A stretch of DNA of 63,986 nucleotides, filler included, from Porpidia crustulata (taxonomy: Eukaryota), in assembly GCA_964255105.1 (NCBI GenBank). It is 4 parts of 4 records of this genome, joined end to end, with 100 filler letters (N's around TTAATTAATTAA, not from the genome) between each part and the next. Parts side by side here need not be neighbours in the genome. Positions count along the whole stretch, not along the records: positions 33,578 to 50,247 come from CAXUWE010000249.1; positions 50,348 to 63,986 come from CAXUWE010000424.1; 2 more parts are not named here. The stretch is one strand, 5' to 3'. Of this stretch, positions 48,074 to 59,316 are shown in pieces. The notes below the pieces were generated by a model. It did no database searches and had not been told where the DNA came from. It saw only the letters and a program-made list of their open reading frames with translations. Both the position numbers and the translations under genes were made by a program. How positions within the stretch are numbered: the first letter of the stretch is position 1; every line of letters begins with the position of its first letter.

Positions 48074-50247
48074 ATGGAAGGGCAACAGTATCGCGGAAGG
48101 TCATCATCGACTGGCCATCAGCCCAACCATATAAGCCATTCGCCTTCCCCACATCACTACGATCACACGTCACACCTTGATCTCGACCCGTCTATAAGTA
48201 ATAATACTTTCAATTCGGGGCCCTTCAATACCAATATCCCAGGGGTTACTGGGGCAGAACCGGACTTCAATCTAGTATCACAGTCGTTCTATCAAGGATC
48301 ACCGCAACCACCCCAATTCCAACAGCATGTGCTGCCTAGCAACGATTATGGAGAATCAGACTTTGGACAAAAATTTGATGATTTGAGCTCCCACATAGAC
48401 CAGAGACCGTCACAACTCGGTCTCCAACAAGAACAATTCGCTTCCAGCTTACTCGGTGGTGCAGCTCGGGGGACTACTTTCGAAGACTTTAACCACCAAC
48501 AGAAGAAGCAAGCTCAAGCTTTTGAGAATAGTTTTTCGTTAGACCACCAGTTTGAGACGAGCATACAACCTCAGCAAGTGTCCATAAACCCTGCCGATCT
48601 AATGAGCACCATGTCTTCACCGCAGAACCTAATGCCCACTCCTCCAAATATGATTTCCTCAGATCCGAATTCCCCACCGGGACAAGCGTCGCTCGCTCCA
48701 GATCAGAACCATTATTACTCCCCAAATCACTCAAGACAAACCTCTCTTGACCCGTCGAGCGCGCAGCACATGCATGGGCAACAGGGAGCCGACTGGGCGA
48801 ATATGCTTGGAAACCCACAATTCCATACACATCGTAGAGCACCCTCGGAGCATTCTGACGCCTCGGGCTCGGTCGCTCCTTCACCCTTCCTAACCACCCA
48901 AGAGAGCTTCGAGAGCTACGGTGGGAATCCTTCTCCACTTTTGAATGCACAACAGGATCATATGTATCCGGATGCGCTTGGTATCGAGCAATTCACTCTC
49001 GCAGATGCGCAAAATCAACAGCAACGGATCAGCCCAGCGCACAGCCCGTACGTGTCGCCCCGCATGTCACCCAATCCAGGGTTTGGATTCTCTCAAGACA
49101 ATTTTATGTTGGCGCAAAACGGGTTGGGCGGCGGTCCTGGACCGGAAATATACACGAGTCAAGCTGAAGACCCATACAATCACCCTAGGCTTGGCTCGGG
49201 AGATATGGGTCAAGCTGCGTCAATGGCCCCGCCTGAGATCAACGTAGAGTTGGCCCCGCCATCAAAACAACCGACTTTCGAGCCGCAGCGGCCTGACAAC
49301 GACCTGGACGCCTTAAGTCCTCCCGACCGGGGTAAAGCGCCCCGCTATCTGAAATCCAACAATGCTGACATAATATCAGGCCGCCGAGGGCGTATGCGTG
49401 CAAAATCCGAGACTTATCTGTCACGTCCCATGAGCCCAGCGTCCACACTCTCCTCTAACGACCTAGATCACCGTAACCGGTCTCTGTCCCCCTTTGAAGC
49501 GTCTTTCTCAGCAAACGTCTCTCCTTCTGTCTCCCGCGATCCTTCTCCTGCATCTCGAGCCGGCGCACGCCGCTCTTCGACATCTTCAATTCCAAACCGT
49601 GACTACATCCTCGAACTCGCCGATCCGACCCGTCCACCGGCCGCAGGCGCAGATCGCCGTGTTCAAAAACATCCCGCTACATTTCAATGTACCCTCTGCC
49701 CCAAACGATTCACGCGAGCCTACAACCTCCGCTCCCATCTACGAACACACACGGACGAGCGTCCCTTCGTCTGCACCGTCTGCGGCAAAGCCTTTGCCCG
49801 CCAGCACGACCGCAAGCGGCACGAAGGCCTCCACTCGGGCGAGAAGAAATTCGTCTGCCGCGGCGAACTGGGCGCCGGCGGCAACTGGGGCTGCGGCCGA
49901 CGTTTCGCGCGCGCCGACGCCCTCGGCCGCCACTTCCGCAGCGAGGCCGGCCGCATCTGCATCAAACCGCTCTTAGACGAGGAAGCCATGGAGCGGCAGC
50001 GCCTGTACGACGAGCAGATGCTGACGCAGCAGCACATGCAGCAAGGCGGCCTGATGCCGCAGCCGCCGCCGCAGCCCATGAACGGCGGCTTCACGCTGCC
50101 TGCCGCGCTGCTGGTGCAGTATCCCGCCCTGCAAGGGCTGCAGTGGGATCAGCTGGGGCAAGGCGCGGGGGATGAAGGCGAAGGCGGGGTTAGTGGCCGG
50201 AGCAGTTTCGATGCCAGCAGTGGGGGAGATTACTACGAAGAGGATGA
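48074..50247 (+). CDS. crzA: Calcineurin-responsive C2H2 zinc-finger transcription factor, 3'-truncated by contig end
   Basis: HRRAPSEHSD, PxIxIT-like PEINVE, QKHPATFQCTLCPKRFTRAYNLRSHLRTHTDERPFVCTVCGKAFARQHDRKRHEGLH, WGCGRRFARADALGRHFRSEAG. Intron 49332-49379. Confidence 0.95.
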
Positions 50248-50347
50248 NNNNNNNNNNNNNNNNNNNNNNNNNNNNNNNNNNNNNNNNNNNNTTAATTAAT
50301 TAANNNNNNNNNNNNNNNNNNNNNNNNNNNNNNNNNNNNNNNNNNNN
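50248..50347. other. Artificial contig-joining spacer
   Basis: N44-TTAATTAATTAA-N44. Confidence 0.97.
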
Positions 50348-51250
50348 TTGTTGTCCTTTGCGTGCTCGAGCGTTCTGTTGTGAGGGTATCGTCCGCGTGG
50401 TCTGGAAGGTTTGGGATGATTCGTGACCGGCGGTGGGGGGAGTATAGTGGTTGGGTATTTGGGGGATGTCGGACGTGTTGCGTGTTTGTAATTGCGGATC
50501 TAGAGACTGCTGCTGCGTTGGCGGTTTCCTCCTTCGTTTGCCCTTGTCCGTCACCTCTTCCCCGTCAGGCACCCATTCCCACCGCCCATTAGGCGTTGGT
50601 CCGGGGAAACTACCGTTCGGATCTTCGTATTGCGGTGGGGCAGGGAGTCCAGAGGCTTGATCCAACAGATCCTTTTGCGTCTTGTACTTTTTCCGCGCAT
50701 TGTAGACGTCACGCGTCAGCACCTTGATGCTTGGCCATAGTCTCCGGAGCTCTTCCAACGTCTCCGCTGGGGTGTTCCCCGAATCCATCATGTCGTTGAC
50801 CTTTTGGCTCTGGGCTTCCGTCAACCTGCGCAACGTAGGATGCTGGGCCAAGTCTTCCGAAGGACCATGATTGTGCTCCGCCATCTCAACATGCACTCTC
50901 CATATCCCATCCTTACGGACTACGGCCAAGACTCGGAAGGGACAGCCAAGAAGTCGGCTGTCTGACCTCTTTCGCTTCCGTTGGTCTGGCAAAAGGTTAT
51001 GTCGATTCTCGTATTTGCCGCCACGGTCGCACTTCAGCCATAATCGGTTGAAGCGCGAGCGCGCGATGACGATAGCGTAGCCCTGTTCGGCAGCCCAGTC
51101 TTTGGCGTGAGCGAGGAGCTCTTCTCGGCTATTGTATTGACCAGGTGGAATCGGAGCCATTGATCTCGGTGGAGGAGGTGATGTTGCGGGGGACATGGGT
51201 AATTGCTCTTGCTCTGGAGAACTAGGTCTAAGTACACCGAACATGGCCAT
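50348..51250 (-). CDS. FAR1/MULE-type (WRKY-GCM1-like) DNA-binding domain protein, 3'-truncated
   Basis: Y.SREELL.HAK.WA..QGYAIVIARS..RLWLKCDRGG.Y...RKR..SRL.GCPF......W......HNH, then a helical segment ending RDVYNARKK, then a low-complexity P/Q tail. Confidence 0.8.
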
Positions 51251-52393
51251 GAGAGCACCAGTAGTCCATTTGAGTGCAGGTCAGCGGCGTTATGCTGTAA
51301 TGCTTGTTGTGCCCCTCCGTCACGGAGGGGGCGTTGTCAGAGTGGAAAGGGATTGTTATTGATGAACGGATGGGTCAAATTGAAAGTGTTGACGATCCCC
51401 CATTCATCCAATCTCACCTCCTACATCTTTACATGATGGAAAACAGATGAAAACTGGAACTCTTTCTATCCGCATGACGATATCAACTATCTTATACACA
51501 TTTTTTGCATTTCACTCAAGAGCAATTGAGTTTCATAGACTGTCGTAAATCGATGCAGTCCACCACCGCTTTACTACAGTGTGACATGAATTCTTTCCTC
51601 GTCCTTTCTATGAAGACAAGTTTAAATTTCTCAGAAAAGATCAACCCGTATCCAAAAGGCTAGGTAGAGCTACAAAGTAATCGAATGAAGTCGGATGATA
51701 CTATGCTGAGCACTGACATGATGCTCAACGCTCATGTAGATTGATCGTGAGCGTTGGATGTCATAGGTGGCTAAGGAGTCTTAATGGTGGCATGGTAAGA
51801 GTTCAAGTTGTATCCATGGTATACAAGGACCATGGTTGAGAAAGATTGTGGTAGAGCATATGGCATATAATTAGTCTTGTGGACTGAATGGTTTCATCGT
51901 TCTCAAGCTTCGAATTCGACGTCGCGAAATCCGAATGTAAGAGGACAGGGCACAAGTCATGCATAGAGAGGAGTATCTAAATCTTGGAGTGACCGTTTAT
52001 GTGTTCAACGAATTTTCTGTTCTTGTTTATTTCTTTACTGAGGAATTCTCTACTGAACGTAGTCTATACAAAATCCAAAAATCCCATGCCCTATCTTGCA
52101 TAACTTGTCTACTCTCATTCTCTTATTGTCGAGCTCTCGGGACTTGTAAGATCACAATAATTAGGATGAGGATGCCCAGACGTGCCAGGTCACACACGAA
52201 AGTTATGCATAGCAGAACGTTATCGAGTTTCAATCTGTTGATCAATGGTGAAATGCATCGCTAATATCAAATATGCATTATAAATAAGGTAGTAGTCCTA
52301 TCCGAGCTCCTGGATAAATTCATCGACTTATATCAACTTCCCCTCATATCCAGAATCTTTCCATATAAGCTTTTGTCCAGCATCTCTCGTTCA

Positions 52394-54331
52394 TTACAAC
52401 GTTATCAACACAGTCCTTGCAAGACTCGGCACGCCTGCCGCATTCATCGCAAACAGCATCCACTGCCCTGGTTGAGCAATGCCCGGATCGTTCGGCACCA
52501 TTATACTATACGTAGTCCCCATAGCACGCTTCGGCGTCAAAGGTATTCTGCGCTGGTCGGTGTCAACTGTATGAGTGGCGGAACCACCACGTACCAATGA
52601 AATGCTCGTGATTGGCGTGTCCGTCAATATAGTGATACCACTACCAACCTTCACGGTCGTCGCTGACATGGTAGCAATTCTAGGCCTTGTTGCAGGCGAG
52701 CCGTCAGCGTTGAAGAAATACGGTGGACGGAAAATCTGAGCGTCGAAATGGTTGGTTGCACAATTCCCGCAGAGGCCGCCGCCACCACTTATGACGGTAG
52801 CATCAGGCATCAGGAGGGCGATACTGTGGTACGTGCGGGGGATAGATATTGGGTTCATCGCTGTGAATTTGGAGGTAGCCGGATCCCAAATTTCGGGAAT
52901 CAATGAGGCGGTGTCGTCGGAGAAAGGTACCGCACGCGACTGTCCACCGACAATAAAGACCTGTCCGTTCGGAAGTACGACACTGTTGGCAAATGAGCGT
53001 GCATAATTCATGTTTCCAATCTTGACAGCAGAAGCCGTGGTACCGGGTGTGCCTATGGTAACAATATGGGCATTGCTGGTGGCTTGCGACTGCTCGTAAT
53101 TCGGCGCGCCTCCTAAAGTAAGGATCTTTCCATTGACGGCGTCATACATGACCGCGTTACCATTCATCGAGTCCGCGTCATTGGCTCGAGGACCTGCTGA
53201 TGTCTGATTGCCCCCTCCTGTCGTCCCATACCAATTCATTGCCTTGCTAGGCCCTGCCTGGAATACGGAGCCACTCGTCCATCCGAAAAGCCAACCGTGA
53301 TTGTCCTGGCGGTAGACTCCTTGAGTGTCTTGAGTAAGCATTGGGGCGACAGGACAGCCGGGTAGCAAGGTCCATGTATTGGCTGTTGGGCTGTAGATTT
53401 CACCATTCTTGCCACCTTGGCCGCCACTCCATGAACCACCAATGGTGAATATTCGGCCGTCAGAGAGAGTGGCGGATGACTGATAACCGCGAGCTAGTTG
53501 CATACCCGGCCCAGCAGTCCATGTCTTGGAATCTGGGTCGTAGATGCTTGTTTTATCAGCATCGTTACCTCCAGTAACAAAGGGTCGGCCCGTGGCATCC
53601 ATCGAGAGTCCGGGGCAGAACATGTCATGCTTAGTATTATCCACAGTTACTTGTGAGACAATACCGTTCGCAGGATCATAGGTGGCAGTTTGGGTTAAGC
53701 CAAGGGGGCTATTCTGGAACGTACCTGGCGCGTAGGATGACCAGGCCAGCACCTTACCGGTATTGTGGAGAATAGCTGCTGCAACCGGGATGATTGGAAA
53801 ATCAATTGTGACGCTCCACTGTCCTAGGCTAGTCGGAAGTTTAACGTAAGAAGGAGAGGTGAAAATGTTAATATCAGCTGCGCTTGTCCATGGACCTCGT
53901 CCTCCAGCCTCTGTGAGAGCAATCAGACGCACGTATTGGGCAGGCGTTGTGGTGAAACTTGTCTTTTTGAGTGTCTTGTCATCAAAGTATGTGCCGAATG
54001 CTACCGGTACGCCCCAATTTACTCCGTCGGTACTCAGCTGGATTTGGTGTTGCCCAATATTTCCGTTTGAATTTCCGTCCTGACGAGGTAAGTACGATAA
54101 TCCGTTGACGTTATACAACTTTTGCATATTTATTGTTATATTGTGTGGAAGTGGTATGGTTGTCGGACTGTATCGACTGTGCCAGAATGTAGTGGTATCG
54201 CTGTCTAAAACCCTATCTGGCTCATTGCCAAGCTCATAACTGTCGGCGGTAACAGTCCAACCAGTTCGGGGTGTCTGACTTGCAGCAATTTGAATCAAGG
54301 AAAGAAAGAGAAAGGAGTAGAGCTTCATCAT
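52394..54331 (-). CDS. gaoA: Galactose oxidase, copper radical oxidase AA5_2 (signal-CBM32-Kelch-Ig-like C-terminus)
   Basis: 645-aa intronless ORF with all catalytic motifs: MFCPG (Cys), RGYQS (cross-link Tyr), GGSWSGG (Trp290 equivalent), YRQDNH, RTYHS (Tyr/His), ATHTVD (His). CBM32 motifs FWHS and YLPRQDG. Confidence 0.95.
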   Translation of the reverse strand: MMKLYSFLFLSLIQIAASQTPRTGWTVTADSYELGNEPDRVLDSDTTTFWHSRYSPTTIPLPHNITINMQKLYNVNGLSYLPRQDGNSNGNIGQHQIQLSTDGVNWGVPVAFGTYFDDKTLKKTSFTTTPAQYVRLIALTEAGGRGPWTSAADINIFTSPSYVKLPTSLGQWSVTIDFPIIPVAAAILHNTGKVLAWSSYAPGTFQNSPLGLTQTATYDPANGIVSQVTVDNTKHDMFCPGLSMDATGRPFVTGGNDADKTSIYDPDSKTWTAGPGMQLARGYQSSATLSDGRIFTIGGSWSGGQGGKNGEIYSPTANTWTLLPGCPVAPMLTQDTQGVYRQDNHGWLFGWTSGSVFQAGPSKAMNWYGTTGGGNQTSAGPRANDADSMNGNAVMYDAVNGKILTLGGAPNYEQSQATSNAHIVTIGTPGTTASAVKIGNMNYARSFANSVVLPNGQVFIVGGQSRAVPFSDDTASLIPEIWDPATSKFTAMNPISIPRTYHSIALLMPDATVISGGGGLCGNCATNHFDAQIFRPPYFFNADGSPATRPRIATMSATTVKVGSGITILTDTPITSISLVRGGSATHTVDTDQRRIPLTPKRAMGTTYSIMVPNDPGIAQPGQWMLFAMNAAGVPSLARTVLITL

Positions 54332-57045
54332 ATGTGATTGAGACTTCTGATGGGAACTATTGGTCCGCGTATTCTTAAGAAATGTGTAATTGATTTTTGT
54401 GTATTAGTTACTTGACTGGTCAAGGTGAGTTAAACGAAGGTTTATATATGACTGTGCCGCGTGGAACGCTGGGATAATAAGGGTGCCGATGCTTTTGGGT
54501 ACCACAGCCACGAAGGATTGAAGGATTCAAATTGAGGCTCAATTAAGGATCTTCAGCGTACAAAATCAAAGTAGGGGCGGTTAGCCCACCTGAAAATACT
54601 GGAAGGCGAAGTAAAATCTGAGGACGAGCCTCTACAGGATGTATAAGTGTTTTCTTAGACAGTCAAATAACAAGGACAAGCGGTGGACATGTTCAGACTA
54701 TTTATGGGCAGACTTGAATTGCTGCAATGAGACTAATCTCATAGGATGAACAATGAGACACAAGCATAGAGTTCGGAATAAACGACCTCTGCAATGCGCT
54801 GAAGCCATAGTGGTCTAGCAATTCGTGTTCCTGTTCAGGACACGGCACGTTAGAGGAACACCCCCGAAGGCTGAATGCACTACAACATTAATATTGAAGA
54901 AGCATAGAGATGAATGAGAGGTTTAGAGATAAACTGGAAGGCCACAGAGAGGATCAAAGGCAAGCTTCTTGACAATGCAGTCTCGAGCATTAGTAGACAC
55001 GGTACTCGCGTCCGAAAGATCCAAGGCCGGGGGGAAATGGATGATTAAGGGAGCGATAACTACTAGCCTCCGCCTTGATCACCTTTGCTCGGTTGATCAA
55101 CCGTCCAGATGCTGCCATAGAAGGCCCCCCAATGAAGCTTGAGCATTTGCGATCGGTAGCGAGGCGTTCAATCCGTGTGGAGATGTTCATGTTGGAGGGG
55201 AGGTCGCAGAGGCAAGGGAACGCGGGGGTTGCATCCGATCACATGGACACCGGGGGCTGACGAGGCTGCATGGCATATTGCATATCAATTCATGTTTGGC
55301 CTTCTCTCGCGAACTCAGCAGTCGACGACAGATCCAAATGCAGACGAAGTTGGGGGGTGTTAGCACGAGTGCCGGCATTAGGCCACACGACCATGATGAA
55401 CCGAGGCCTAGAGCATCTTTTGTTCGTCCGATAGCATCAAGCTCGTTGGATTGTTAGCTTTCCAGGACAACGAGTAGCGCTTGAGATTGTATTCCTCCGT
55501 GATTATAATTATATGCCGCGTAGTAATAAGGTACAGTTGATGGAGAGACGGGTTCTCGGCGAACACGCTTTTCGTCTTGATCCTCCTGCATCAAGAAACT
55601 ATCTTTGGACGGCTCAGACCAATTCCTGGGTCAAAGGAGATTACCTGACCATGCAGAAGAACGGACGACGATAAGGTTGAGTGAGGTGTTGGTTGTTGTA
55701 GGAAGGTGGAAAGTGAGCGTTTCGACGTCCAATTATAACCCTTAAATTTATAGGAAACCATAAATTACCATAACTTACCCCCACAGCCTTCGGGGACTAG
55801 TGGCTTCCGAGTTAGATCCCCCCATGCGGTCTTGACCACTCCCACTGTGCCACTCACCCACTCTACCCTAAATATAGACAACCTTACTGCTCCTCTTTCT
55901 CTTCCCTTTTTGACCTTGGCTATCCTCGCATGGCAGGTCAGTAGGTTGCCCAGGCACTAGGGCAGGTAATGCAAACTCCAACCCCTCGTGTATACCGGAT
56001 AAGACTATGGCGTAGACCATAGAAATGTCGAGAAGGTTGATCACTTTGCCTCATTGATGGAAGTAAATGAAACCCTCTACCAAAATCCTCTCTTTGGGCA
56101 TTTTATTTCATATCCGAGGCCTGCTTTTGTTGCACAGCGTCTTTTGAAATAGCCTCACACTCTGCCGTCGCACATCCAAAAGCTTACCCCAAATGCTTAA
56201 TCCGCCAGCTAAAACCGGCATCACCGGCCACCAAGCACATCAAACATAAAATGGCCAGGCCCTCCCGACAGACAAACGGTCCGGAACCAAGCATGTCGTC
56301 CAGGCAGATCCCCTCTGCGGTCTTTGCATACCCGCTAATCCAGCCCTCGTGAAGAACATCGTCCAATTCCCCATGATCGTATCGATCGCAAATTCAACGG
56401 AACCCATGATTGACTGGGAGCTGAGAGAGGTCTATCCCATGTGGAAAGCTTGGCAGCGTCGTAGCTGATAAGTTTGTGAAGATTTCACACGTAGTTGGTG
56501 GGTTCAATGGGTTGCCTGAACACACATACATTTTTTCTCTGAAATATGTCCTTTTTGAACTTGGACGCTCATCGCTGTACTGGTGGCAATAAGATCTATT
56601 GCCCACTAGTCGAAAAAAGTGGCCCTCTCTAGTTCTTCTAAATGTAATTTCTGGTATCTCTGTCGGCAAACCGTAGTATAACACCCTGGTACCAATGTAG
56701 CATTACCACCGATTGGTATTGTAAGCTTCTCGATCCTCTGAGGGAGGTTCCGCAGGTGTTGCAAGGTTAGAGAACCGAGAGACTTGCGGAGACATTAGAT
56801 CGGGAAGGGTGCGATTATTGGAAGCAGTGGGGGTGGGGGACAGGAATTGGCTGCTGTGTTGGTGGGATACTCTAGAAGGATCTTAAAGGATCTGGGATTT
56901 TCAATGCAATTCTCGTGAAATTGGCGACATGTTACCCCCTTGTCCAATAATATCCCAGACCGATCCAAATCTGCTCCTATCCAGCAAGACCCTCCAAGTG
57001 CTTTTTTCCCACATCAATACTCTCCGATTGCCAATCCCCAAGACC

Positions 57046-57757
57046 TCAACCGTCCCTGCCATCCTGCCAGCTGGTACAGTTCACACACCTCTTCGCCTGT
57101 CGTTCCCGTCAGCTCTTCATCCAGGAACCTGAACCCCAAGCGCAGCGGCTTACCTTCTCACTGATCCGCTTCCTGCAATACTTGCACTTGACGGTATGCT
57201 TGACAATGGCGTCGTCTGACGCCCAGGTGTACGCCTGCGCGACGATATAGAGCGCGATACCGATGCCGAAAAAGTTGATTACTTTGTCCAGGAAGGAGCT
57301 ACCGTCAATTAGCTATGAAAGCAGCCCGTAATCCAAGCCTTCGGTCTCTAGGTCATAGACACGTACCCGTACGCCATGACCACGGCTCCATCCTCCAACG
57401 CCTGCTTCAACGTGTTATAACTCCCCGCATCATGTGCCCCGCTCCTTAGCACGGCGAACTTCTCCTCGAGATTTCTGTCCAAAAAAGGGATCAACGAGAT
57501 AGGTGGAAGCAAGATATCCGAGACAAAGGAGGACACAACCCTGGTGAAGGCGGCTGCAATACTATGCGAAGTTCGAGTCAGTCGAAATCTCTGGCTGGAC
57601 GAAGATGGTTCGTTGCGTACATCAACCCTACTGCGACTTCTAGTACATTGTCGCGGAGAGCGAAGTCTGAGAAGCCGTCCCACGCGCGACTGACGCGGGT
57701 TTTGGCGTTCTGTCCGGCGTTGAGAAGGGCTTCGTTGCTTTCGTCGAGGCGAGGCAT
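57046..57757 (-). CDS. MscL-like (large-conductance mechanosensitive channel family) protein with C-terminal CxxC..CxxC, 175 aa
   Basis: Exons 57621-57757, 57367-57561, 57154-57298 and 57046-57096, all GT..AG, give ...FSDFALRDNVLEVAVGLIIAAAFTRVVSSFVSDILLPPIS...YGSFLDKVINFFGIGIALYIV...KCKYCRKRISEKAKRCVNCTSWQDGRDG*. Confidence 0.88.
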
Positions 57758-58069
57758 GTTTGATAGTAATGATGTTTAACCCCAATTCCTCGAATAATCT
57801 AGAGGACCTTTTGAGAGACTTCAGAGCATTTACATGCTACTTATGTGAGACAACCAACATAGACAGCTGGTGTCACTATTCTAGGCTGCCGCATGCTGTG
57901 GCCGAGCACTGTGAAACAAGATATCGGTGTTGGATGACGATGTTCAAGGACTCGGGTATGGGCTCGCTAAGGTCACGCCTATACGCTATTATATTCGTTT
58001 GTTTACTGTCCTCACCATCAAAGAAAGGAATAATTAGCCATCGCCATACGTCGTAAACATGTTTCTACA

Positions 58070-58494
58070 GAAATACAAGAGAGATCGTAGTTCCAGAGAA
58101 AGATGGTTACATATGAGGAGTGTGATGAATGGTGCACATGGTTCGACAGCATCCAATTCGACCTGCTCGGTAGCGTCAGTATGGCTACGTCGGGAAATTT
58201 CACGAGTGCATGGGCGCCCTTGAAGCGCTCGGCTACATCTTTCCGACATCGTACCTCGCCCGCGAGTTCATCATGCTCGGTCTAGGCCCTTCGTTCGAGG
58301 ACATGGTAAAGACACACATCAAGCTTCTGGGCTCAACCTCCGGGCCGGGCGAATTCCTCTTTAGTTTCGAAGCTATCGTACTCCAAGCCCGGACGGCAAT
58401 GCTGAAAATGGAATTGTTCAAGTCCAGCACACGGAATGGCATATCCAACGGCCACAGATATCAAAGCGCAACCGACAAGAGATCGACTTGCTAG
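58070..58494 (+). mobile_element. Degenerate Ty1/copia gag-like fragment
   Basis: DSIQFDLLGSV, a frameshift, then YVGKFHECMGALEALGYIFPTSYLAREFIMLGLGPSFEDMV..FSFEAIV. This resembles the gag pattern Y..KF......L..LG......L.GL...F. In-frame TAG at ~58088. No LTR or pol seen. Confidence 0.4.
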
Positions 58495-59316
58495 AGTCCG
58501 ATATAAGCGCAGGATAAGTAGAGGTTTTCTCGAAGACTTGTTTCGTTCTAAATGTTCATACCACCTAAGTGTGTCGATACTCGGATTTTCTTGGCTACAG
58601 TTTGCCTACCAGGGCCAAAGGAGACTGTGACCCCTACGCCTCGGAATCATAAAGTGCTGTATTCAACTTTGCTGCCGAATAATTCCAGTACGTGTGGTGG
58701 CATAAGCTGGAGGCGATTTTAAGAGCAGCGCTTAGAAGTGAAGGATGTCAGACAAATAATAGAAGAGTGAAATTGGACGCGTAGATAGGCTTACACAGAG
58801 AGCAATTTGTTGAGAGCAAATGAGCCAGACTTGACAATGGTAGAAAATATCGATGTTAAATAGCTTTAGCCCCAGACATCATGCCCGTATATCTTAGGAG
58901 CAGCGAACCACCATATTGTTGGCATTGGTTATATCTTGAACCAATCAAGGAATTGCAAGTCATCTGTTCCTGCTGCTTAATGCAATCTGAAAACATGGAA
59001 GCCTGCTCCACCGTCGACCATTCATATCATGTTTGCATTAATGGGAATCACCACAAACACAGTTTTGAGGAAACGGCAGGAAAGTCCAGGGAAGCTATCA
59101 AGCACGCTGATAGATTGCAGGAAGGAGCTCCTTGCATGGCAGAACAAGAGCTTTTGCATTATATGTACTTGGCTGATCTTTTGTATTTACCGATATTACA
59201 AGCATAGAGAAAGGTAAACTCTAGATAGCTCCAGCTAATTGGCGCGCATGCAACGGGAACTCACAACGCCTGGCTAAACTGGCACTGACAGCTTCTTAGC
59301 CTCCCTTGAAAAAGAA

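Noticed and set aside
48074..51250. Apparent convergent crzA and FAR1-like transcription factor pair
   Set aside because: They are on different contigs separated by an artificial spacer.
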